Assembly (NCBI GenBank): GCA_965247175.1
Contig: OZ252006.1
Span: 3,396,786 to 3,420,785, forward strand
Length of the DNA stretch: 24,000 bases
Reading direction: 5' to 3'
DNA from: Rhodospirillales bacterium
Lineage (GTDB): Bacteria > Pseudomonadota > Alphaproteobacteria > Kiloniellales > DSM-21159
The notes beneath the pieces are model-generated. The model saw only the letters and a program-made list of their open reading frames with translations, was not told the DNA's origin and did not search any database. Of the stretch, positions 7,071 to 14,866 are shown in pieces. Numbering within the stretch: position 1 is the stretch's first letter; each line of letters begins with the position of its first letter. The position numbers and the translations under genes were made by a program.

Positions 7071-7610
7071 TCAGTCTAGCTCGACGACCCCGCAGGCCAC
7101 GCGGGGTCCCGCGCCGCCGATCGGCTGGGTGATGTGATCGTCCGGGTTCTCGTGGATGACGAAGGCCGAGCCGTCGCTGTCGATCAGGTTCTCACCGGGA
7201 CCCTCGCCGATGCTGACGAAATGGGTGAAGAGCTCGACCTCTCCGATGCCGTCGGCGCCGATGAAGATGTTCGGCAGGTCGCCCGCTTCCGGGCCATCGG
7301 GATTCATCAAGCCGTGCGCGCCTGGCGCCTTGCCGACGTGACCCATGGATGAGGTGAAGCCGTCTTCGGGATTGCAGACCCCGGCGCTGTGCAAATGCAG
7401 CCCGTGCTTCCCAGGCGTCATGTCGGACACTCTGATGTGGATAAGGATTCCATGCGGGCCCTGCATGATGTTGGCGAAGCCGATCTCGTCGCCGTTGCCG
7501 TCAATCATGACGGCGCTGGCGGTTGCAGGCTCCGCGGCCACGGCGAGGCTGGACGCACTGAGGCAAATGCTGGCCGCCAAGGCGGCGATGCCGATCGATA
7601 GGGTCTTCAT
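7071..7610 (-). CDS. sodC: Periplasmic Cu,Zn superoxide dismutase
   Basis: GLHLHSAGVCNP, GHVG, GDLPNIFIGADG, SAFVIHENPDDH and GGAGPRVACGVV are the SodC metal-ligand and disulfide motifs. Signal peptide MKTLSIGIAALAASICLSASSLAVA. ATG at 7610 is preceded by GGAGGA (7616-7621 on the coding strand). The track ORF extension to 7697 is rejected. Confidence 0.9.
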   Translation of the reverse strand: MKTLSIGIAALAASICLSASSLAVAAEPATASAVMIDGNGDEIGFANIMQGPHGILIHIRVSDMTPGKHGLHLHSAGVCNPEDGFTSSMGHVGKAPGAHGLMNPDGPEAGDLPNIFIGADGIGEVELFTHFVSIGEGPGENLIDSDGSAFVIHENPDDHITQPIGGAGPRVACGVVELD

Positions 7611-7840
7611 TGTCTTCCTCCCGACTGTCTTTGGCCTATTGGTCCTTGCCATGACGTTCGGCGATTGAGACCGCGATCGGCCTGGACACCCACGCACGGC
7701 AGGTCGTCACGATAAAGCAGCCGCTCCGCAATCAGAAACTCGTTTCCCCATAGCTTTGATAGCCGATGCGAATGAGCGGGCGGATGCGATGGCCGAGCCG
7801 TGTCCGACGCGGCGCATCCTTCGACCGGCGGTAAGCCGGC

Positions 7841-10264
7841 TTAGGCCACCGCCTCCAGGCTCGGGACGGCCGCCGGGTCTTCGAGCGCTTCCCACTCCAG
7901 GTCCCCGACATAGCGGTAGGCGAGGCAGCCCTCGGCATCCATCGCAAAGAGGTGCAGCCAGCGATTGTCGAACAGCGCGCGCACCCCGTCGTGGCGCCGC
8001 AGGATGTCGGTCATGGCCTCGCGCGGCGCCTCGATGCAAACTGACAGGCGCAGCGGGTCATGGCTGCTCCGCTCGCCGTCGTTCACTGACTGCCAGGGCA
8101 GGCCGGCGCGCAGCAGCCCGCCGTTGCCTTCGAAGACACCGATGCCGCCGACCACGTTGTGCAGCAGCTTGTTGCCCGAGCCGAAGGTCTGCGGCGCGAC
8201 GGTCGAGCCGTAGTACTGCAGGCTGATCCAGCTCGCCACCACCACCGGCGCGGTCATGATCAGCTCCAGCACACCGAAGCCCTTCTCGCTGTCCTGCTTC
8301 CAGTCGTAGTCGTGCAGGAAAGCGCGGCCCTCCAGGCTGCGTCCGGCGGTGCGGCTGCGCGGGGCGGCGATGAAGGCCTTGCAGCCGGCCAGCGCCCATT
8401 CGGGCCGCACCTCGGCCCAGTCGCGAGAACGCGCGGCAATGTCACCTTCGGCGGCGGCGCGCGGCAGGCGCAAGGCCCGCTCGCCGCGCGTCACCTTGCC
8501 GGCCGCCGCCAGCCACTGCCGGACCCGCCGGAGGTCAGAGGCATGCTCGGGCGAGAGCCGGTCCCGGTCGTAGAGCGTCACCGCGTCGGTGGTTGTGTCG
8601 TGCAGCGCCGCGACGAAGAGCGTGTCCTCCGGCAGGATGATGCCCCGCGCCACCAAACCCTGGCGCACCTCCGTATCGTTGAGCAGCCCGGCCAGCAGCC
8701 GCGCGTTGACCTCTCCCGAGTAGCCGCCGCAGGCGCCGCAGTGCAGCCCGCTGGCATGGGGGTTGTTGACCACGTTGGCGCCGTGGCCGGCGAGCACCAC
8801 GACCCGGGCGAAGCCGCTGGTCAGCGACATGGCGCGCAGCACCGTCTCCGCCGCGCCGATGCGCGTGTCTAGGTCGAGCGACGGGTCGAAGCGCGGCGCG
8901 GGATCGTTGGGCACGGCCATGGGGTTGAGGCCGAGCGCGTCGCGAATCAGCTTGCCGATGTAGACCGGGCCCATGGCCTCGACGAAGGCGAAGGAGGAGA
9001 CGGCGGCGAGCTTGAAGCGCCCCCAGGCCCGCTTGGCACGCGCGGCATAGCGGGCGGCCAGATCGTCGGCCGCGCTGTCGTGGCTGCCCGAGCAGGAGGT
9101 GACGGTGGGGTTGAGCAGCACCGGCAGGCGCAACTCCTCCACGTCCGAGGCGAAGCGGCGATGCTTGGCGAAGACGCCGAAGAAGCCGGCGAAGCCCAGC
9201 GTGCGGATGGCGGGGTCGACGGCTTCGAGGGCGCGGCGGAAGACCTCCGAGCGCACGTCGATGCAGAAGGCCATCTGCAGGGCCGGCCGCGTCTCCCCGC
9301 CGAGGGGCGCCGGGGCTGCGAGCGTTTCGCCGAGGCCGCGTTGGGCGGCGCGCTCGGCGGCTTCCTGCAGGATGGCATCGACGATCAGGGCTGCGCCCGG
9401 CGCGGGCGCGGCCTCGTGCGCGACACGCACCATGCCCCAGTCGTCGGCGATCGCCGCCTCGTGCTGCGCGAACAAGGCCTCTTCCCAGAGCAGCCGGATG
9501 GCCAGGAAGTCAGTGATCGTGCTGTCCGACTCCTCGACCAGCTCGGCGCGCCAGAGCTGATAGCGCGCATACTGCGCCCAGCCGCCGAGCGAGAAGAGAA
9601 GCTGGTGGAAATAGCTCTCCAGCGCGCGTTCGCTTAGGCCGAGCCGCTGCACGGCGCGGGCGATCGCGTCCCGGGGGTTCTGCGGCGCCTCGGCGACGAA
9701 GGCGGCGAAGCCCTCCAGCCCCATGATCTCCGGCGTCAGGTCGTGGGTGCCGTGGGCGCAGAAGGCCGCCCAGGCGCGCTTGCCGCGCGGGGCCGCCCAG
9801 AGCGCCTGGCCCTGGTCGAAGTAGCCGCCCGCCCAGGCGCCGAAGCGCTCGGCGAGCAGGCCGGGCCAATCCATGCCGCTGGCCTCGGCTGCGAGATCGG
9901 CGATGGTCGGCAGCGCTTCGGGCTCCGGCCGCGCGTCTGCGGCGGCAGCCTTCAGCGCGGCGACGTCGGCCGGCTTGTCGGCATGGGGGGAGGCCGCCAG
10001 CGCGGCGGCCAGGTCATCCTCGGTGATCTCGCCGGAGGCAATGCGGCTGAGATACCAGTCGCGCGGCATGGCGACCGGGACCCCGCCGATACGGCCGAGC
10101 CGCGCGCCCGCTTCGGCGAGCGTCTCACCGGTTTGTCCAAGGTAGGGATTGACCGCGACGTAGGAGGCGAGCGGCCAGAGCGGCGGGATCTGGCGGGCCG
10201 CCGCGTCGCCGGCAGTCTCAAGAGCCGAGAGGTCGATGGGCGCAGTCGTGGCGTCGGTCATCAT
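7841..10264 (-). CDS. dabA: DabA (DUF2309) - catalytic, beta-carbonic-anhydrase-like subunit of a DAB inorganic-carbon pump
   Basis: 807 aa with [41 protein letters not shown] and [27 protein letters not shown]. Start ATGATG at 10264/10261 with AGGAG (10274-10278 on the coding strand) 9 nt upstream. It lies 22 nt after the dabB stop. Confidence 0.9.
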   Translation of the reverse strand: MMTDATTAPIDLSALETAGDAAARQIPPLWPLASYVAVNPYLGQTGETLAEAGARLGRIGGVPVAMPRDWYLSRIASGEITEDDLAAALAASPHADKPADVAALKAAAADARPEPEALPTIADLAAEASGMDWPGLLAERFGAWAGGYFDQGQALWAAPRGKRAWAAFCAHGTHDLTPEIMGLEGFAAFVAEAPQNPRDAIARAVQRLGLSERALESYFHQLLFSLGGWAQYARYQLWRAELVEESDSTITDFLAIRLLWEEALFAQHEAAIADDWGMVRVAHEAAPAPGAALIVDAILQEAAERAAQRGLGETLAAPAPLGGETRPALQMAFCIDVRSEVFRRALEAVDPAIRTLGFAGFFGVFAKHRRFASDVEELRLPVLLNPTVTSCSGSHDSAADDLAARYAARAKRAWGRFKLAAVSSFAFVEAMGPVYIGKLIRDALGLNPMAVPNDPAPRFDPSLDLDTRIGAAETVLRAMSLTSGFARVVVLAGHGANVVNNPHASGLHCGACGGYSGEVNARLLAGLLNDTEVRQGLVARGIILPEDTLFVAALHDTTTDAVTLYDRDRLSPEHASDLRRVRQWLAAAGKVTRGERALRLPRAAAEGDIAARSRDWAEVRPEWALAGCKAFIAAPRSRTAGRSLEGRAFLHDYDWKQDSEKGFGVLELIMTAPVVVASWISLQYYGSTVAPQTFGSGNKLLHNVVGGIGVFEGNGGLLRAGLPWQSVNDGERSSHDPLRLSVCIEAPREAMTDILRRHDGVRALFDNRWLHLFAMDAEGCLAYRYVGDLEWEALEDPAAVPSLEAVA

Positions 10265-10286
10265 GGGTCTTGTCTCCTCTCGGGGG

Positions 10287-11846
10287 TCAGGCGGAGCGGC
10301 GGCGGGACCAGTTGCCAACCAGGCGGTCGAACACCGCGTTGGCGTAAAGCCCGTTCGACAGGTGCACGCGCAGGCCGGCGGCGGCCGGGTGATAGGCCCA
10401 GAGTGGGAACATGGCCTGAGCGATGGCCACCATGCCGAAGCTGAAGACCGCGAGCGCCAGAAGCGTCCATTCGAGCGGCCCCGGCGCGGGGGTCGGCGGC
10501 AGGGTGCCGGCGGTCAGCCATTCCGCGCCGGTCTGCAGGGCGAAGTAGCTGACAGAGGCGACGACGGCGTAGAGCGCGACGCGACGGGTCAGCACCTGCG
10601 GCGCCGCATCGGCCAATCCCTGGGCCAGGAGGTAGGCGACACCGAAGATCAGGATGGCGCCCAGGGCGATGGCCTGCGGCGACTTGCCGTCGAGCCCGAA
10701 GGCGAAGGCGGTCACCGCATAGATCGCCAATGCCAGGACGAAGGCGCGGGCCACCGCCCAGCCGTTGGGGATGGCGACCGGGCCCGGCCGGCGAATAGCC
10801 GCCACCAGGTCCACCGCCGTGCCGGAGGCCAGGAAGGCGTGCGCCTTATAGAGCGAGTGGGCGACGATGTGCAGCAGCGCCAGCGGGAAGAGCGCCAGGC
10901 CGCACTGCATGATCATGAAGCCCATCTGGGCGATGGTCGACCAAGCGAGGGAGCTCTTGACCGCCGGCTGGGCCAGCATGGCAAGCCCGCCGAACAGCGC
11001 GGTGAAGCCACCCACCATGACCAGAACCGCCAGAATGCCCGGCGCCAGCAGCATCACGTCGGCAAAGCGGATCAGCAGGAAGCCGCCGGCGTTGATCACC
11101 CCGGCATGCAGCAGCGCAGAGACCGGCGTCGGCGTCTCCATCACCTCGATCAGCCAGCCGTGGGTCGGGAACTGCGCGGACTTGAGAATCGCGGCGAGCG
11201 CCAGCAGGCCGGCCGCCCAGATCGCTCCGGCAGGGGCGACGCCTTCGCGCGCCTCCGTGAGGATCGTTTCGATGTCGGCGGTGCCGTAGCCGAAGAAAAG
11301 TAGCAGCGCCGCGCCGATCAGGGCCGCATCGCCGAGCCGCGAGGTCACCGACTTCTTGCGCGCCGCCCGGATGGCCTGGATGCGGCTGCGATAGAACAGC
11401 AGCAGCCGATGCAGGCAGAGGCTGGTCGCCACCCAGGCGGCGACCAGGTGGACGAGGTTGCCCGACTGAACCAGCAGCAGCACGGCGGCCAAGGTTGCGG
11501 TCATCCAGCCGAGGAAGGCGCCCTGGCGCGCTTCGCCATCGAGATAGGAGCGGGAGTAGCGCACCACCACCCAGCCGACGAAGGCGACGAGAACCAGCAT
11601 GATGGCGCTCACCGCATCCAGCCGTGACGACAGCCCGACCTCCCCGATGCCCAGCAGCGGCCCGGTGCCGGCACCCTCGACGATCACGATCGCTGCCGCG
11701 CCAAGCGCCGCGGCCAGCGCCACCAGGGCTGCGGCCTCGGCGAACTGGGGGACCAGCTTTGGGCGCTGCCCCGGCCGCGTGAAGGCGAAGGCCGCGGCCA
11801 GGAGCAGCACGGCGGGGGCGATCAGGGGCACGAGATCGTAGAGCAT
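10287..11846 (-). CDS. dabB: DabB - NuoL/NuoM/MnhA-type cation-translocating membrane subunit of a DAB pump
   Basis: 519 aa and polytopic, with the proton-antiporter-core motifs [28 protein letters not shown] and [15 protein letters not shown] 11846 ([16 protein letters not shown]) has GGAGAC upstream. The alternative GTG at 11912 would add a 22-aa Pro-rich extension. Confidence 0.88.
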   Translation of the reverse strand: MLYDLVPLIAPAVLLLAAAFAFTRPGQRPKLVPQFAEAAALVALAAALGAAAIVIVEGAGTGPLLGIGEVGLSSRLDAVSAIMLVLVAFVGWVVVRYSRSYLDGEARQGAFLGWMTATLAAVLLLVQSGNLVHLVAAWVATSLCLHRLLLFYRSRIQAIRAARKKSVTSRLGDAALIGAALLLFFGYGTADIETILTEAREGVAPAGAIWAAGLLALAAILKSAQFPTHGWLIEVMETPTPVSALLHAGVINAGGFLLIRFADVMLLAPGILAVLVMVGGFTALFGGLAMLAQPAVKSSLAWSTIAQMGFMIMQCGLALFPLALLHIVAHSLYKAHAFLASGTAVDLVAAIRRPGPVAIPNGWAVARAFVLALAIYAVTAFAFGLDGKSPQAIALGAILIFGVAYLLAQGLADAAPQVLTRRVALYAVVASVSYFALQTGAEWLTAGTLPPTPAPGPLEWTLLALAVFSFGMVAIAQAMFPLWAYHPAAAGLRVHLSNGLYANAVFDRLVGNWSRRRSA

Positions 11847-11944
11847 CGGCAGGTCGTCTCCGGGGACGGGGCGGGGCGGCGGATCGAACGCTTCCGGATC
11901 TAGGCCCTGCACAGCATCAAGAAAAATACATTGTTTTGGGCTTT

Positions 11945-11965
11945 TCGTTCTGTTTCATAGAACGA
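11945..11965. promoter_or_regulatory. Perfect dyad TCGTTCT-N7-AGAACGA (contains a T-N11-A LysR-type box) in the dabB/lysR divergent region
   Basis: TCGTTCT 11945-11951 and AGAACGA 11959-11965 are exact reverse complements. The dyad sits in an unusually AT-rich stretch and ends 2 nt before the regulator ATG (11968). Confidence 0.55.
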
Positions 11966-11967
11966 TT

Positions 11968-12855
11968 ATGGCCGAGCTGAACTATCACCATCTGCGCTAT
12001 TTCCAGGTCGTCGCGCACGAGGGCAACCTGACCCGGGCGGCGGCGCGGCTGAACGTGTCGCAGTCGGCGGTCTCGACCCAGATACGCCAGCTCGAGGAGC
12101 GGGTCGGCCAAGACCTCTTCGAGCGCCGCGGCCGGGCGCTGATTCTCACCGAGGCGGGGCGCATCGCGCTCGACCATGCCGACGCCATCTTCGCCACCGG
12201 GCAGGAGCTCATCGCCACACTGCAGCAAAGCGGGCGCGCGCGGAAGGCGCTGCGCGTCGGCTCCCTGGCCACCCTATCGCGCAACTTCCAGCTCGCCTTC
12301 CTGCGCCCGATGCTCGGCCGGCCCGATGTCGAGGTCATCCTGCGCTCGGGCAGCGCGGTCGAGCTCTACAGCGCGCTCGCTGCCTTGAATCTCGATCTGG
12401 TGCTGACCAACCAGCCACCGCCGGCCGACGCCTTGACCTCTTTCATCGCGCAGCGCCTGGACGAGCAGAGCGTCAGCCTGATCGGCGTGCCCGCGCTCTG
12501 CCCGCCGGGCCTGTCCCTGGCCGAGCGCCTGGACGAGGCGACCCTCGTCCTGCCGACGGCGGGCAGCGGCCTGCGCATGGGCTTCGATGCCCTGATCGAC
12601 CGGCTGGGTGTGACGCCGCAGATCGCCGCCGAGGTCGACGACATGGCGATGATGCGTCTCTTGGCGCGGGAAGGGGTCGGCCTGGCCGTGCTGCCGCCCA
12701 TCGTGGTGCGCGACGAGCTGGCGGGCGGCAGCCTGGTCGAATGCGCCAAGCTGCCCAATCTCACCGAGCCCTTCTATGGCGTCACGGTCGAGCGACGCTT
12801 TCCCAACCCGCTGCTCGCCGACCTGCTGCGCGAGACGCGGGTTGGGTCTGCGTAG
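11968..12855 (+). CDS. LysR-family transcriptional regulator, NhaR-like subgroup
   Basis: MAELNYHHLRYFQVVAHEGNLTRAAARLNVSQSAVSTQIRQLEERVGQDLFERRGRAL matches by eye the NhaR N-terminus (..NYNHLYYFWHV.KEGS..GAAEAL.L.PQTIT.QIRALEERL...LF.R.GR.L). It is divergent from dabB. Confidence 0.85.
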   Translation: MAELNYHHLRYFQVVAHEGNLTRAAARLNVSQSAVSTQIRQLEERVGQDLFERRGRALILTEAGRIALDHADAIFATGQELIATLQQSGRARKALRVGSLATLSRNFQLAFLRPMLGRPDVEVILRSGSAVELYSALAALNLDLVLTNQPPPADALTSFIAQRLDEQSVSLIGVPALCPPGLSLAERLDEATLVLPTAGSGLRMGFDALIDRLGVTPQIAAEVDDMAMMRLLAREGVGLAVLPPIVVRDELAGGSLVECAKLPNLTEPFYGVTVERRFPNPLLADLLRETRVGSA

Positions 12856-12860
12856 CAGCG

Positions 12861-14081
12861 TCAGGCGCTCTGTGCGGCCAGCGCCGCCGGGCCCCGGGTG
12901 CGACGGGCGGCGCGGTGCTCTGCCCTGATGAGCCAGACCACCGCGAGTCCGGCCAGGCTGGCGAAGACCAGGCCCGCGGCGACGAAGCCCATGGGCTCCC
13001 AGGCCTCCATGGCGGCGCCGAAGGCCGGCGGGCCGCCGAGCGTGCCGAGCTGGTAGAGCACCAGGAAGGCGGCGTTGGCGGCGGCCAGGTCCCTGACCGG
13101 CAGGCGCTCGCCCAGGATGGCGAGGCCCAGCGTGTAGTAGGCGCAGGCCACGCCGCCGAGCACGAAGACGGCGACCAGGGCGAGCAGCGGGCTGCTGCCC
13201 ACGGCGAGGCCGGCCGGGAGGGCCAGGGCCACGAAGCCCGCGATCAGCCCGAGCATCAGCCGCTCGCGCCGCATGCGGTCGGCCAGCCAGCCGAACAGGA
13301 AGGCGAGCACGACGCCGCCCCACAGAAAGGCGCTGACCAGATGCAAAGCCGTGTCGGCGCTCGCCTCCTGGCGCAGGGCGAAGTTGGGAAGCAGCGAAAT
13401 GTAGGAATATTCGATCACACCGGCGACCAGGGCGCCGACCATGCCGATGGGCACGGCGCGCGCGATGGTCAGGAAGCTGCCCGAGGCGTGCGCCTCCATG
13501 GGCGGCGCCAGACGCCAGGCCAGCAGCAGCGGAATGCTGGCCAGAAGCAGCGCGGCCCCACCGAGGAAGTAGGGCGCATCGCCGTCCATCGGCAGGACAC
13601 CGAGGGCGATCGGGCCGGCGCCGTAACCGCCGAAGAGCGCCACCACATAGAGGGCCAGCACCCGGCCGCGCGTCTCCTCGCTGCTGACGCTGTTGATCCA
13701 GGTCTCACCGAGCAGCCAGGGGAACAGCAACCCGAGGCCCATCAGAAAGCGCAAGACCATCCAGCCCTCGACGCTTTGCCACAGGGGCAGCAGGGCGAAG
13801 CCGATCAGGCCCAGCACGCAGCCGCCCGCCATGGCCGGCACGAATCCGAGGCGGGCCGAGATGCGCGGCGCGAAGGGCAGGAGCACGAGGGCGGCCAGCG
13901 CCGGCATGCCGGCGGCGAGGCCGGTCACCCAAGCGGGCGCCCCCCAGGCTTCGAAGGTGAGCGAGGTGAGCGGATAGCCGACGCCGTGCGCCAACCCGAG
14001 AAAGAAAGTCGCCACGACGACGACGGCGATGCCGAGCGCGCGATCGTTTCGGCTCAGCAATGAGGTCGAAGCTGTTGCCAT
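12861..14081 (-). CDS. MFS transporter
   Basis: 406 aa with about 12 hydrophobic segments. ATG 14081 (MATASTSLLSRNDRALGIAVVVV) has AGGAGA 7 nt upstream. The track start at 14147 is rejected. It is convergent with the LysR gene (5-nt gap) and divergent from a TetR gene. Confidence 0.8.
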   Translation of the reverse strand: MATASTSLLSRNDRALGIAVVVVATFFLGLAHGVGYPLTSLTFEAWGAPAWVTGLAAGMPALAALVLLPFAPRISARLGFVPAMAGGCVLGLIGFALLPLWQSVEGWMVLRFLMGLGLLFPWLLGETWINSVSSEETRGRVLALYVVALFGGYGAGPIALGVLPMDGDAPYFLGGAALLLASIPLLLAWRLAPPMEAHASGSFLTIARAVPIGMVGALVAGVIEYSYISLLPNFALRQEASADTALHLVSAFLWGGVVLAFLFGWLADRMRRERLMLGLIAGFVALALPAGLAVGSSPLLALVAVFVLGGVACAYYTLGLAILGERLPVRDLAAANAAFLVLYQLGTLGGPPAFGAAMEAWEPMGFVAAGLVFASLAGLAVVWLIRAEHRAARRTRGPAALAAQSA

Positions 14082-14114
14082 GGAGAGTCTCCTGAAGAGT
14101 CGTCTGTCTCCCCA

Positions 14115-14127
14115 GTGCCCAGGGCAC
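14115..14127. promoter_or_regulatory. 13-bp palindrome GTGCCC-A-GGGCAC in the MFS/TetR divergent region (candidate operator)
   Basis: Exact 6-bp arms at 14115-14120 and 14122-14127. The spacer also carries a 22-nt-spaced direct repeat TTCTGCA (14140-14146, 14162-14168). Confidence 0.35.
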
Positions 14128-14146
14128 CGGAGACTTGATTTCTGCA

Positions 14147-14175
14147 TTGCAAAGATATAAATTCTGCACTATAGA
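14147..14175 (+). promoter_or_regulatory. Candidate sigma70-type promoter for the TetR gene (TTGCAA-N17-TATAGA)
   Basis: TTGCAA 14147-14152, a 17-nt spacer, then TATAGA 14170-14175, in the only AT-rich patch of this spacer. AAGAGGA (14182-14188) follows, then the TTG start at 14198. Confidence 0.3.
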
Positions 14176-14197
14176 GATTTCAAGAGGACTCGTTGAT

Positions 14198-14866
14198 TTG
14201 CCGAGAAAATCTGTGCGGCCCGGCCCCAAGGGCCTGGCACCGGAGGAGATCGTGATGGCCGCCATCGCGGTCTTGGAGGAGGAAGGCCTGGGCGGCTTCA
14301 GCGTCCGCAAGGTCGCGGCGCTGATCGGCTGCGACGTCATGGCCGTGCTCTATCACTACAAGTCCAAGGAGGGCTTGGAGCGGGCCATGGCCGACGCGCT
14401 CAACGCGCGCCTGGTGCCCGTCGATCCCGAAGCGCCCTGGCGGACCCGCCTGGCCGAGCTGGCCTGGCAGTACCGGGCGCTGGCGCTGACCTTCCCCAAG
14501 ACCTTTCCGCTGCTGCTCCGCTTCTGGGTCACCGGCCCGGCCGACTACCGCCACGCGGAGATGGTCTACCAGGCCCTGGAGGATGCCGGCCTGTCCGACG
14601 AGGAGGTCGTCGACTGCTGCTTCGGCTGGTACGCCAGCGTGCTGGGCCTCGCCGCCGCCGAGGCGGGCGGGCTGCTGCAGCCGGCAAGCGCCGAGATGCT
14701 GGCCGAGGTGGAGAGCCTCTCGCCGGGCGACTATCCCATCACCGTCCGCCTGCTGCCGGCCTTCCGCAGGCAGCGGGAGGGCCGTAGCTTCGCCCTGATG
14801 GTCGAGGCGACCCTGACGGGCATCGAGCGTACGCTGGTCGGGCGTTCGGGCACGTCCGCAGGCTAA
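14198..14866 (+). CDS. TetR/AcrR-family transcriptional regulator
   Basis: HTH region EEIVMAAIAVLEEEGLGGFSVRKVAALIGCDVMAVLYHYKSKEGL. The start is uncertain: TTG 14198 has a Shine-Dalgarno at 9 nt, and the alternatives are ATG 14135 (track) and GTG 14213. Confidence 0.8.
   Translation: MPRKSVRPGPKGLAPEEIVMAAIAVLEEEGLGGFSVRKVAALIGCDVMAVLYHYKSKEGLERAMADALNARLVPVDPEAPWRTRLAELAWQYRALALTFPKTFPLLLRFWVTGPADYRHAEMVYQALEDAGLSDEEVVDCCFGWYASVLGLAAAEAGGLLQPASAEMLAEVESLSPGDYPITVRLLPAFRRQREGRSFALMVEATLTGIERTLVGRSGTSAG

Noticed and set aside
7611-10318. N-terminal extensions are implied by the longest-ORF starts for sodC (7697), dabA (10318) and EamA (17605). The same applies to the two MFS genes (1626, 14147), TetR2 (18148), DCC (21384) and ridA2 (4094).
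   Set aside because: In each case an internal start has a well-spaced Shine-Dalgarno. That start gives a product beginning at the expected family N-terminus (signal peptide, first TM or HTH). The extensions are Arg/Pro-rich or overlap upstream genes or operators.
4165-13596. Shorter matches to the repeat core ACCTGCCGATG occur at several sites. GACCTGCCGA is at 4165-4174 (ridA2 promoter region), TGACGACCTGCCG at 7697-7709 on the minus strand (upstream of sodC), and GACGACCTGCCGATG at 11844-11858 on the minus strand (at the dabB ATG). These suggested a shared regulon motif linking dabB, sodC and the 4268-7064 string.
   Set aside because: The same 8-11-mers also occur inside coding sequence (6712-6719, 6806-13, and CCTGCCGATGG at 13586-13596). 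CTG-CCG-ATG is a favoured Leu-Pro-Met codon run at this GC content. By my rough estimate several 14-mer coincidences are expected in the window. Only the long A/B alignment is kept as a finding. A genome-wide motif enrichment test could revive this idea.
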